The notes below the pieces were generated by a model. That model was not told where the DNA came from and ran no database searches. It saw nothing but the letters and a program-made list of their open reading frames with translations. Shown piece by piece: positions 20,090 to 29,273 of a stretch of 57,896 nucleotides of DNA. The DNA is from an uncultured Terricaulis sp. (GTDB taxonomy: Bacteria > Pseudomonadota > Alphaproteobacteria > Caulobacterales > Aquidulcibacteraceae). The DNA lies in the NCBI GenBank assembly GCA_964446305.1, contig CAYUOC010000001.1, positions 1,502 to 59,397 on the forward strand, in the 5' to 3' direction. A program made the position numbers and the translations under genes. Every line of letters begins with the position of its first letter. Positions within the stretch are counted from its first letter, which is position 1.

Positions 20090-21508
20090 CTAACCGTCGC
20101 CCTCGGGATCGTAATAGCTGCCGCCGGCGCGATAGCGCTCAAGGCGCACCAGCTCGGTGGCCGCGATCTTGGTCCGCCAGGTCGAAGCGCCGTTGCGCAG
20201 ATCGGCGGGCGTTAAGACCAGCGGATCCCAAGCGGGCGCGCCGATGGTGTTGTGCAGCGTGTAGCTCATTCGCGGACCGTCATCGAAGCTGAATGACATG
20301 AGGCCGATATTGCAGCTCCGGGTGAACGTGCCGCGGATACGCACCTCCGGCATCTGATCGACGAAATCGCTGTCCGGAAAGTTCGCGAGCGGCGATGAGC
20401 ACATGTCGTAGAAATCATACGCGCCCTGCTCCGAACGCGGCACGCAATTGAGTTCGCCCATGTGGCTGTCGCCCGAAATACCGAACACGCCTTCGATGCG
20501 GTGGTCACGTATGTAATCGAACAGCTCGTCACGTTCGTGGGTGTAAACAGCCCATGAATCGCCACCGCGTTCAGCTTTGGAGAAACCGCCGCCAGACACC
20601 AGCACCTTGAACGGCGCACGGCTCGCGCGGAGTTCGTCCTTTAGCCATGCCTTTTGCTCAGAGCCGAGCATGGTTTTACCAGCAACGTCGGGCGCGTCGG
20701 CAGGATCGCGATTGTAGCGGCCATCGAGGAAGAAGAAGTCGACCCCGCCATAGGCGTACTTGAAGAAGATGCCTGGCGTGCTGGGCGTGCCATAGGACGG
20801 GTTGGCCCAATAGTTTTTGAACTGCGCGAAAGCCTGTTCGCGAATCGGGTTGGTGCGATCGCTGTCGTTGATGGCGAAGTCGTGGTCGTCCCAAATTGCC
20901 AGGCAGGCCGTGTTGCGGATGAACGGCTTCACCCGCTCGATCTCGCGCTGCCGGCGATAGAGATCGGCAATCGCGGACGGTTCAACGCTATCGGCATAGA
21001 TATTGTCGCCCAGGAAGAACATCAGATCGGGCTCAAGCGCCTGAGCGACGCTGAAGATGCGCTGGTCGGTATCGATCTGCAGGCGCGCACAGGAACCGAA
21101 AGCGGCGCGAAACGCGCTTCGATTGCGTGGCGCGGTGCGGGCTCTGCCAGGGAGCGGCTGGTAGCGATCGAGCACGCCGTCGAACTTGAATCGGTAGAAG
21201 TAGCTCGTGTTGGGATCGAGACCATCTACGATCGGCGCGACGCAGAAATCGTTGCCGGCGTTTGATTGCATCGGCGCGGACGCGCGAACGTCAGCGAAAT
21301 CGCGCCGGGTGGAGACTTCAAGCACAACGTCGAACGTGCCGCTGGTGCGCACCCAGACGCGCACGGAGTTTGGCGTGGGAGCGCCGACCATGGGGCCTTG
21401 CAGTGCGCGGGGATAGCCGAGCGTTTGCGCCCAGGCTTGCGGCATGAACGGAAGCGTGGCGGCGGCGAGGCCTGCTTGCTTCAAGAGAGAGCGACGATGC
21501 GTGGTCAT
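20090..21508 (-). CDS. PhoD-like alkaline phosphatase/phosphodiesterase, Tat-exported
   Basis: THRRSLLK twin-Arg signal with AWA cleavage; FGSC, LGDNIYAD, WDDHD, LDGRY, SGDSH. Confidence 0.9.
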   Translation of the reverse strand: MTTHRRSLLKQAGLAAATLPFMPQAWAQTLGYPRALQGPMVGAPTPNSVRVWVRTSGTFDVVLEVSTRRDFADVRASAPMQSNAGNDFCVAPIVDGLDPNTSYFYRFKFDGVLDRYQPLPGRARTAPRNRSAFRAAFGSCARLQIDTDQRIFSVAQALEPDLMFFLGDNIYADSVEPSAIADLYRRQREIERVKPFIRNTACLAIWDDHDFAINDSDRTNPIREQAFAQFKNYWANPSYGTPSTPGIFFKYAYGGVDFFFLDGRYNRDPADAPDVAGKTMLGSEQKAWLKDELRASRAPFKVLVSGGGFSKAERGGDSWAVYTHERDELFDYIRDHRIEGVFGISGDSHMGELNCVPRSEQGAYDFYDMCSSPLANFPDSDFVDQMPEVRIRGTFTRSCNIGLMSFSFDDGPRMSYTLHNTIGAPAWDPLVLTPADLRNGASTWRTKIAATELVRLERYRAGGSYYDPEGDG

Positions 21509-21511
21509 GAG

Positions 21512-22315
21512 TTAGGCTCTTTCTGAGTCTGCGGCGCGCAATTCGGCGGCGAGCGGCGCAATGAGGCCAGGCGCGCCCGCAACGACACTGCCGCCGTGGA
21601 GCTTGAGTGGCGCGCCCGTGACATCGGTCGCGGCTCCGCCGGCTTCGATCATGATGCCGACGCCCGCCGCAATGTCCCAAGCCGCAACGATGCGCTCCAC
21701 ATACGCATCCCAACGTCCGCAGGCAGCGTAAGCCAGATCAACGGCGGCGGAGCCGGTGCGGCGTACACCGGCTGTCCGCGGCGTCAGGCGGCCCATTTCC
21801 TTGGCGAAGAGATCGTGCCCGGGCTTGCCGCCGTGGGGAATGCCGACGGCGATGACGGAATCTTCCAGACGCGTGCTCGTGCTGGCGTGGATCGGCTTGC
21901 CGTTCATGAAGGCGCCGCCACCCTTCTCCGCCCACAAAATTTCCCCGAGCGCCGGAAGATTGATCACGCCCGCCAACACCTCATCACCGCGCGCGAGCGC
22001 GATGCAGGTGCCAAACAGAGGCGTCGCCCAAAGAAAGTTGGTGGTGCCGTCGAGCGGATCGACGAGCCAGGTGAGGTCGGAGGTTTCACCACCGACACGG
22101 CCGCCCTCTTCGCCGTGAAACGCGTAGTCCGGCGCGAACGCGGTGAGGATCGACTTGATCGTCGCTTCCGCGCGGAGATCCGCCTGGCTGACAAAGTCAG
22201 GCCCAACCTTGTTGGTGACGCCGAGATCGGCGCGCACACGGGTGAAATCCTGCATCAGGCCTTCACCCGCCGCGCGTGCGGCTTCAGTCATGGCGGAGAG
22301 CAGCGGACTCATCAT
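21512..22315 (-). CDS. Inositol monophosphatase family protein
   Basis: GEE, WLVDPLDGTTNF, RRTGSAA, WDIAAG. Confidence 0.93.
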   Translation of the reverse strand: MMSPLLSAMTEAARAAGEGLMQDFTRVRADLGVTNKVGPDFVSQADLRAEATIKSILTAFAPDYAFHGEEGGRVGGETSDLTWLVDPLDGTTNFLWATPLFGTCIALARGDEVLAGVINLPALGEILWAEKGGGAFMNGKPIHASTSTRLEDSVIAVGIPHGGKPGHDLFAKEMGRLTPRTAGVRRTGSAAVDLAYAACGRWDAYVERIVAAWDIAAGVGIMIEAGGAATDVTGAPLKLHGGSVVAGAPGLIAPLAAELRAADSERA

Positions 22316-23661
22316 CAGTCGCGCAACTTCGCGCGCCAAAGCGTCGCCGCCAACAGCATCGAGACGATCGACGACCCGATCCAGAACCAAATCACTGGGC
22401 CAAAGTCGTAAACGCGGTCAGCGCCGACCATGTGCGAGTGCTGATCGATGAGAACGCCGGAGATGTTCTCCTGAATGGCGGCGCCGATGTAGGAGAACAC
22501 GCCGATCACGCCCATCGCCGCACCGGCGACACGCTTCGGGCAAATGTCGACGGCGAACAAACCGCCAAGCGACGCGACGAGACCGGTCAGGCCAAGGCCG
22601 AACAGCACCATGCCCAGAATGAGCGTCGGCAGATTCGTTGGACCGAAGAAGATAAGTGCGAGGCCGATGATTTCGACGATCGAGAAAAGGAGGTTTGCCG
22701 GCGGGCGGCGGGCGTTGAAGAACTTGTCGCTGATGACCCCGTAGAGCAACGAGCCCGCAATGCCGGCGAGCGTCGAGATCATAAGCATGGTACCGGACAT
22801 GATCTCGTCGAACCCGCGCGCCTCCTGCAGATAGAGCGGCCCCCACGAGTTGATCGCGTAGCGCGTGATGTAGTTGGCAAGGCTCGCAAGCGCGAGCACC
22901 CAAATGGTGGGGATAGAGAGAATGGAGAACTGGAGCGCCAGCGTCGACTTAGATTTCGAGGCCTCGCTTTCGGCGAGGTGATCGTCCTTCCAATCGGCGA
23001 CAGTCGGCAGGCCCATCGTGCGCGGGCGGTCGCGAACCATCAGCCACATCATCGCCGCAGCGGCGAAACCGATCATGGCGGGAACGAAGTAACCCCAGCG
23101 CCAACCGAAGTACGCAACGATCGCGCCGGTGACGAAGAACGTGAGCCCCTCGCCGACCGAGTGCGCTGTGCTCCATAAGCCGTAAGCACGGCCGCGTTCC
23201 TTGTTTGAGAACCACGCCGTCATGGCGACGACGCCGCCCGGCGCGCCGAACCCCTGGAACCAGCCGTTGAGGCCCCAGATCACTGCGGCCAGCAGGACAG
23301 TGTCGGCAAAACCCATGGCGATGTTGCAGATCGCCGTCATGACGAAGCCGAACGTCAGGAACACGCGCATGTTGGCGTGGTCAGCCAGGAAGCCGTTGGT
23401 GAGTTTACCGAACGCGTATGTGTAGAAGAGCGCCGAGCCGATGAGGCCGAATTCGGCTGGCGTGAAGATGCCGGCGTCGATCATCGAAGGCTTCACCATG
23501 CCGATGGCGAGACGGCAGGTGTAGATGAGGCCGTAGCCCAGCGTGATCGCCAGCATCACGCGCCAGCGCGTGGATTTGAACAGGCGGTCGATCTCTTTCT
23601 GATCGCCAATCAATGGTGCGTCCGCGGCTGTCGCGAACGCCTTCAGAAATCCTCCCGCCAC
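22315..23661 (-). CDS. MFS transporter of the organophosphate:Pi antiporter (OPA; GlpT/UhpT/PgtP) family
   Basis: GY..IY.CR, YAFGK..NG.LAD, NGWFQG.G, WFS.KERG...LWSTAH..G, RD.P...GLP, RY...SW.PLYL. Confidence 0.88.
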   Translation of the reverse strand: MAGGFLKAFATAADAPLIGDQKEIDRLFKSTRWRVMLAITLGYGLIYTCRLAIGMVKPSMIDAGIFTPAEFGLIGSALFYTYAFGKLTNGFLADHANMRVFLTFGFVMTAICNIAMGFADTVLLAAVIWGLNGWFQGFGAPGGVVAMTAWFSNKERGRAYGLWSTAHSVGEGLTFFVTGAIVAYFGWRWGYFVPAMIGFAAAAMMWLMVRDRPRTMGLPTVADWKDDHLAESEASKSKSTLALQFSILSIPTIWVLALASLANYITRYAINSWGPLYLQEARGFDEIMSGTMLMISTLAGIAGSLLYGVISDKFFNARRPPANLLFSIVEIIGLALIFFGPTNLPTLILGMVLFGLGLTGLVASLGGLFAVDICPKRVAGAAMGVIGVFSYIGAAIQENISGVLIDQHSHMVGADRVYDFGPVIWFWIGSSIVSMLLAATLWRAKLRD

Positions 23662-23691
23662 GCGCTTCCCCTCTTGTTGTTATTGTCGTTG

Positions 23692-24498
23692 TTATTTCTT
23701 CTTTGCGATCCAGGCGTGCGCCGGGTCGTTGTTGAATATCCAAGTCCGCTTTGGACCAGCCATGATGTTGAGATAGTAGAGATCGTAACCGTGCGGCGCG
23801 CCGACGGGGTGATAACCGCGCGGCACGAGCACAACGTCGCCGTCTTCCACGCTCACGGTTTCATCGAGCGAACGGTCGTCGGTGTAGACGCGCTGGAAAG
23901 CGAAGCCCTGTGGCGGGTTGAGACGATGGTAGTAGATCTCTTCGAGTGAGGACTCTTCCGGCTCCGCCAAACGATCGTGCTTGTGCGGCGGGTAGGATGA
24001 CCAATTGCCCCCGGGTGTGATCACCTCCGCGATCAGCAAGCTATCGGCGCGCTCAGTTTGCGGCAGGATGTTACGGACGTAGCGCGTGTTCGTGCCTTCG
24101 CCGCGCGTTTCCTTGCTGATCGCGCTGGCCTCGATGAGCCGCGCTTCACCGCCGCTTTGGCCCGGCGCTGTGCCGATGGCGAGTTCAAGCTTGGTGCGCG
24201 CTGTGATGGCGTAGTGCGCGCCGGCCGGCGCATAGACGGCGGCTGGCGAAATATCGTCGAACACGCTCATGCGTTCGCCGATGTTTTCGAAGCGCTGGCC
24301 TTCGACTTCCACATCGCATTTTCCGGAAAGGATGACCAAGCACGCTTCGCGACCCTCTTCGCCGCCGGCAGTGCTCTCGCCCGCTTCGAGCGTGATCACT
24401 TTGAAGCCGACATAGGTCCAACCGGCGCTTTCAGGCGTCACCTCGAGCACGGCGCCGCTTTCGTCTCGTTCATTCGGGCGTACGCGGAGATTTGGCAT
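23692..24498 (-). CDS. iolB: 5-deoxy-glucuronate isomerase
   Basis: VTPESAGW.YVGF, GNWSSYPPHKHD, LEEIYYHR, VPRGYHP. Confidence 0.96.
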   Translation of the reverse strand: MPNLRVRPNERDESGAVLEVTPESAGWTYVGFKVITLEAGESTAGGEEGREACLVILSGKCDVEVEGQRFENIGERMSVFDDISPAAVYAPAGAHYAITARTKLELAIGTAPGQSGGEARLIEASAISKETRGEGTNTRYVRNILPQTERADSLLIAEVITPGGNWSSYPPHKHDRLAEPEESSLEEIYYHRLNPPQGFAFQRVYTDDRSLDETVSVEDGDVVLVPRGYHPVGAPHGYDLYYLNIMAGPKRTWIFNNDPAHAWIAKKK

Positions 24499-24507
24499 CG
24501 CGTGCTC

Positions 24508-25398
24508 CTAGATCAAACCAGCGGCGACGGCTTCGCGCTTTAGCGTGGCGAGGCCGAGTTCGCTGTAGGTGCGCGGGTTGGCGATGGCTGGGTCTTGCTC
24601 AGCTTCGATAATGATCCAGCCGCTATAGCCGATGCGCTTCAGCGCCTGCATCACCACACCGAAATCGATGCCGCCATCACCCGGCACAGTGAACATGCCT
24701 GCGAGTACGCCATCGAGGAAGCACTTGCCGGTGCGGCGGGCTTCGGCGTGGATCGGGCCGCGTACGTCTTTGCAATGGACGTGGGCGATGCGGTTCGGGT
24801 GGCGCTCAATGACGTCCAGCGATTTAACGCCGCCGAGTGCCGCGTGGCCGGTGTCGAGCGTGAAGCCGACGCTTGGGGATGTGGCGGCGATGAAGGCGTC
24901 CATGTCGGCTTGGTTTTCGACGACGGTGCCGAGATGGTGGTGGTACGCGAACTTGATGCCCTCGCCAGCGATGTAATCCGCCACCTTGCTCATGCGATCG
25001 CCGAACTGCGCCCACTCGCTGGACTTCAGACGCGGCGTGCCTTCGAGCGGCACAGCTTTATTGCTGTGCACGGCGTTCGAAGTTTCGGCGAACACGAAGA
25101 CGGTAGAGCCCATCGCTTTAAGCAGATTGAGATGCGGCTGCAGCGCTGCGATCTCGGCGTCAGCGTCTTGGGTGAGCAAGCTGCCGCTATACCAGCCGCC
25201 GACGCACTCGAGATTGTATGGCGCAAGCGCCGCCGCTAGCGCGCCCGGTTCGCGCGGAAACTTGCCGCCGAGTTCAACACCCTCAAAACCGATCTCCTGG
25301 CAATCTTTCAGGATCGCCTCAAGCGGCGTATCGCCGCCCAATTCGGGCATATCGTCGTTCGCCCACGCTATCGGGCTGACGCCGAAGCGGATGCTCAT
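24508..25398 (-). CDS. iolE: Myo-inosose-2 dehydratase
   Basis: PIAWANDDMPELGG, YHHHLGT, DTGH, HVHCKDVR, FTVPGDG, EAEQDP. Confidence 0.96.
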   Translation of the reverse strand: MSIRFGVSPIAWANDDMPELGGDTPLEAILKDCQEIGFEGVELGGKFPREPGALAAALAPYNLECVGGWYSGSLLTQDADAEIAALQPHLNLLKAMGSTVFVFAETSNAVHSNKAVPLEGTPRLKSSEWAQFGDRMSKVADYIAGEGIKFAYHHHLGTVVENQADMDAFIAATSPSVGFTLDTGHAALGGVKSLDVIERHPNRIAHVHCKDVRGPIHAEARRTGKCFLDGVLAGMFTVPGDGGIDFGVVMQALKRIGYSGWIIIEAEQDPAIANPRTYSELGLATLKREAVAAGLI

Positions 25399-27245
25399 CG
25401 TTTCGTCTCTTTCGGTTTGATCTTGTCTTCGTACGCTGCGCGTGCGTCGCGGACGGCGGCGCGGTCGGAAACTTCCGGCACCGCCACGTCCCACCACCAG
25501 CCGCCGGCTTCGGTAGTGATCATCGGATCGGTATCGATGACGATGACGCTGGTGCGATCCGCCTTCTTGGCGCGGTCGAGCGCTTGTTCGAGCGCTGCCA
25601 CGTTCGCCACTTTTTCTGCGATAGCGCCAAGGCTTGCGGCGTGCGCGGCGAAATCGATGTCCGGCAGTGTTTCGTGTTCAGTATCGGTCAGCAGGTTGTT
25701 GAACGACTCCGAACCGGTGGAGCGCTGTAGGCGATTGATGCAGCCGTAACCGCGATTGTCGAGAACCACGATGGTGAGCTTCTTGCCGAGCATCACTGAT
25801 GTCGCGATCTCGGAATTCATCATCAGATACGAGCCGTCGCCAACCATGACGAACACGTCGCGATCCGGCGCGGCGATCTTCACGCCGAGACCGCCGGCGA
25901 TTTCATACCCCATGCACGAAAAGCCGTACTCAAGATGGTAGCCGCCCGGCTTTGGCGTGCGCCACAGCTTGTGCAACTCGCCAGGGAGGCCGCCAGCGGC
26001 GCAAACAACGACAGCGTTGGCGTCAGCGGCGCGTTGCACTGCACCGATGACTTGCGCGTCGCTCGGCTTGGCCTGGCCCTTCGGCGCAGCGGTGGCGATG
26101 TCGACAGCTTTGCTCCAAGCAGCTATGCGGCCGGCGGTGACATCCGTCCACGAATCCGGGGCGCGCCAATCTCTGAGATTGGTGATGAGCGCGGAGATGG
26201 CTGCGCCGGCATCGCCGATCACAGCGACTGCGCCGTGCTTGTAGGCATCGTGGGTGGCGACGTTGACTTGCACGAGCGTGCAGCCGTCGCGCTCAAACAA
26301 GGTGCGCGAACCGCTGGTGAAATCCTGCAGACGCGTGCCGATGGCGATGACGAGATCGGCTTGCGAGGCCGCTTCGTTCGCAGCACTCGAACCGGTGACG
26401 CCGATGGAGCCAAGCGCGGCCGGGTGATCCCAGGCGAGTGCGCCCTTGCCGGCTTGCGTTTCAGCGACGGGCATTCCAGTAGCCTCCGCGAAACGAGAGA
26501 GCGCAGCTTCGGCGCCGGCGTAGAGCACGCCGCCGCCCGCGATGATGAGCGGCGCTTTGGCCTTCTTGATGAGCGCGACGAGCGCTTCGATGTCGCGCGC
26601 TTCGGGCTGTGGCTTGCGGATGCGCCAGGTGCGGCGTTCGAAGAAGGCGCTAGGATAGTCGAAAGCTTCCGCTTGCACGTCTTGGCAGAAGCCGAGTGTC
26701 ACGGGGCCGCAGTTTGCCGGATCGAGGAGCGTCGCCATCGAGCGCGGGAGAGAGTCGAGCAATTGCTCTGGGCGCGTCAGACGATCGAAGAAACGTGAGA
26801 CCGGGCGGAAAGCGTCGTTCGCGGAGATGGTCGCATCGCCAAAATCTTCGATCTGCTGCAGCACGGGATCAGGGCGGCGCGAGGCGTAAACGTCGCCTGG
26901 CATCAGAAGCACCGGCAAGCGGTTCACATGCGCGAGCGCTGCGGCTGTCACCATGTTGGTGGCGCCGGGACCGATCGACGTCGTGCAAATCATGGCGCGG
27001 CGGCGGCGCATTTGCTTGGCATAGGCGATCGCCGCGTGCGCCATCGCTTGTTCGTTGTGGGCGCGGTAGGTCGGCAGCACATCACGCGCAGCGTGTAACG
27101 CTTCGCCGAGGCCGGCGACGTTGCCATGACCGAAAATCGCCCAAACGCCAGCGAAGTAAGGAACCTCGCCGCCGTCCGCCTCGACGAACTGATTGGCGAG
27201 ATAACGAACCGCTGCTTGCGCGGCTGTGAGACGAAGCGTGCTCAT
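25395..27245 (-). CDS. iolD: 3D-(3,5/4)-trihydroxycyclohexane-1,2-dione acylhydrolase
   Basis: IFGHGNVAG, HNEQAMAH, TSIGPGATN, YHLEYGFSCMGYE, GDGSY (TPP-binding). Confidence 0.97.
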   Translation of the reverse strand: MSTLRLTAAQAAVRYLANQFVEADGGEVPYFAGVWAIFGHGNVAGLGEALHAARDVLPTYRAHNEQAMAHAAIAYAKQMRRRRAMICTTSIGPGATNMVTAAALAHVNRLPVLLMPGDVYASRRPDPVLQQIEDFGDATISANDAFRPVSRFFDRLTRPEQLLDSLPRSMATLLDPANCGPVTLGFCQDVQAEAFDYPSAFFERRTWRIRKPQPEARDIEALVALIKKAKAPLIIAGGGVLYAGAEAALSRFAEATGMPVAETQAGKGALAWDHPAALGSIGVTGSSAANEAASQADLVIAIGTRLQDFTSGSRTLFERDGCTLVQVNVATHDAYKHGAVAVIGDAGAAISALITNLRDWRAPDSWTDVTAGRIAAWSKAVDIATAAPKGQAKPSDAQVIGAVQRAADANAVVVCAAGGLPGELHKLWRTPKPGGYHLEYGFSCMGYEIAGGLGVKIAAPDRDVFVMVGDGSYLMMNSEIATSVMLGKKLTIVVLDNRGYGCINRLQRSTGSESFNNLLTDTEHETLPDIDFAAHAASLGAIAEKVANVAALEQALDRAKKADRTSVIVIDTDPMITTEAGGWWWDVAVPEVSDRAAVRDARAAYEDKIKPKETKR

Positions 27246-27247
27246 CT

Positions 27248-29173
27248 CTATCTCGTACGCGCTTTCTTGGCGCGCCGCCAAGCTTCGACCAGCACGCCGA
27301 GGTTGGATGAGAGCGCCTCAACGGCTTGCTCGTTGTCGATCTCGCCTTTGAACCAGAGTGCGGCGGCATCGTTGAAGATGGTGCGGCCGACAGCGAAGCC
27401 TTTGACGATATCCATGCGTGCTGCGGGCGCGAAGGATTGAACCAATTCGTCCTGCGGGCTGGAGAGACCGAGCAGCACGACGCCGCGGCAGTGCGGATCG
27501 TTGGAGACGATAACGCGTTCGATGTTGGCCCAAGTTTCCGCGTCGGCAGCGGGTTCGAGCTTCCACCAATCGGGACGAATGCCGAGATCGTAGAAGCGCT
27601 GAATGGCGCGGGCTGTCGTCTTGGAATCCACCGAGCCGCTTTTGGAGACGATGATCTCCACCAACAGCTCGTGCCGCGTTGCGCGACAGGCATCGAACAG
27701 GCGTAACGCCTGGCGCTCCTGGCGCTCACGCAGATCGGCGGGATCGTCAGGGTGGTAGAGGAAAAGCGCCTTTACGGTGTGGTTCAGCGGCCACGACGCG
27801 ATCTCAGCGCCGACATCGTTTAGCTCTGCGTCGAATTCGATCGGGCACGATTGCGGCAGTTCGATCGGGCGGCCGATCCAGTACGGAAGGTCAGCGGCGG
27901 CTTCGAGCGCGCGCATGCCGTGGCGGCCATCAAGCAGCACGCCAAAACGCGCGTCACCTCTCGCGAGCTTGTGCGTGGCGCGAACGGCGAGCGACTTGAA
28001 CTGTTCGATGCGCGACGGCTCGGCGCCGCAGCTTCGGGCGAGGTCTTCGAACTGCGTGCGGTGATCGATGGCGAGCACGGTAAGCTCGGGATAGTCACCA
28101 CGGCGGCAGCCGACCCAGTGCAGATGTTCGAGATGCTTCTCCTCGCGTAGGCGCTGCGGGCGTTGTTCCATCGCCAGGAAATACTGCATCTCCTCCCACG
28201 TCGGCATCGCGGGTGCACAGCCGTGGCGCGAGACAACCATGGCGCCGGACGCATTGCCGAGCGTGCAGCATTGAGCGACGCTTTCGCCGCGTAGCCAGCC
28301 GCGCAGAAAGCCTGCCATGAACGCATCGCCAGCGCCGAGGACGTTGAAGATCTCCACCGGGAAGCCGGAAACGATCTCGCCCTGCTCGACCGTCTTTGGG
28401 ATCGCGCCCGCGAACGCAGCGCAGCCTTGCGGGCCGAGCTTCAGAATAATGAGCGCAGCACTCTTGGAGCGGATGGCGCAGAGCGCTTTGATCGTATCGG
28501 TCGAGCCGCCGAGGATGTGAATCTCCTCGGCGGTGCCGACGATGAGATCGCACTTCGGCAGAATGCTCTGCAGTTGCTTTGTGACTTGTTCACTGGCGAC
28601 GAAGCGGTTCTCCCCCATATCGCGCGCTTCGAGGCCCCAGAGGACGGGACGATAATCGACATCGAAGACAACTTTGCGGCCATTGGCCTTGGCGATATCG
28701 ATAGCTTTGCTGCTGGCGGCGAAGACGTTTGGCTTCGAGAGATGCGTGCCGTTCACCAGAACGGCGGCGGCGCTCTTGATGTAGGCCTCGTCGATATCGC
28801 TCTCGTCGAGCGCCATGTCGGCGCAGTTCTCGCGGTAGAAGATGAGCGGGAACGTGTCGGGATCGCGGATGCCGAGAATGACGAGCGCGGTGAGGCGATC
28901 GGGATCGGTTTTCACGCCGCGCACATCGACGCCGTCCCGCGCCAGCTCTTCACGAATGAAGCGGCCCATGTGATCGCCGCCGACGCGAGTGATGAGTCCC
29001 GTCTTCAGCCCAAGCCGTGACGCCCCGATGGCGGTGTTTGTGGGACTGCCGCCAACATACTTGGCGAAGTTGCCCATATCTTCGAGGCGGCCGCCGGTCT
29101 GGCTCCCGTAGAGATCGATCGACGACCTCCCGATCGTGATCAGATCAAGCGTGGTGCGCTCGCTCTGCGCCAT
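27248..29173 (-). CDS. iolC: 5-dehydro-2-deoxygluconokinase with C-terminal DUF2090 aldolase-like domain
   Basis: IGRSSIDLY, KYVGGSP.N, NVLGAGDAF; C-terminal AIDHR, PDWWKLE, GFAVGRTIF. Confidence 0.96.
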   Translation of the reverse strand: MAQSERTTLDLITIGRSSIDLYGSQTGGRLEDMGNFAKYVGGSPTNTAIGASRLGLKTGLITRVGGDHMGRFIREELARDGVDVRGVKTDPDRLTALVILGIRDPDTFPLIFYRENCADMALDESDIDEAYIKSAAAVLVNGTHLSKPNVFAASSKAIDIAKANGRKVVFDVDYRPVLWGLEARDMGENRFVASEQVTKQLQSILPKCDLIVGTAEEIHILGGSTDTIKALCAIRSKSAALIILKLGPQGCAAFAGAIPKTVEQGEIVSGFPVEIFNVLGAGDAFMAGFLRGWLRGESVAQCCTLGNASGAMVVSRHGCAPAMPTWEEMQYFLAMEQRPQRLREEKHLEHLHWVGCRRGDYPELTVLAIDHRTQFEDLARSCGAEPSRIEQFKSLAVRATHKLARGDARFGVLLDGRHGMRALEAAADLPYWIGRPIELPQSCPIEFDAELNDVGAEIASWPLNHTVKALFLYHPDDPADLRERQERQALRLFDACRATRHELLVEIIVSKSGSVDSKTTARAIQRFYDLGIRPDWWKLEPAADAETWANIERVIVSNDPHCRGVVLLGLSSPQDELVQSFAPAARMDIVKGFAVGRTIFNDAAALWFKGEIDNEQAVEALSSNLGVLVEAWRRAKKARTR

Positions 29174-29221
29174 GAAATCCAGCCTTCAACGCCACGCACC
29201 CGGCCGACGCAGCGGTCATTT

Positions 29222-29264
29222 GCAATACATATTCCACGGCGTTTCATTCTGCAACATTCGTTTC
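29222..29264 (-). promoter_or_regulatory. iolC promoter with two IolR-like boxes
   Basis: Minus strand: GGAA-TATGTA-TTGC (29222-29235) and GAAA-CGAATG-TTGC (29251-29264), overlapping TTGCAG-N17-TATGTA. Confidence 0.65.
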
Positions 29265-29273
29265 AGGCCGATC

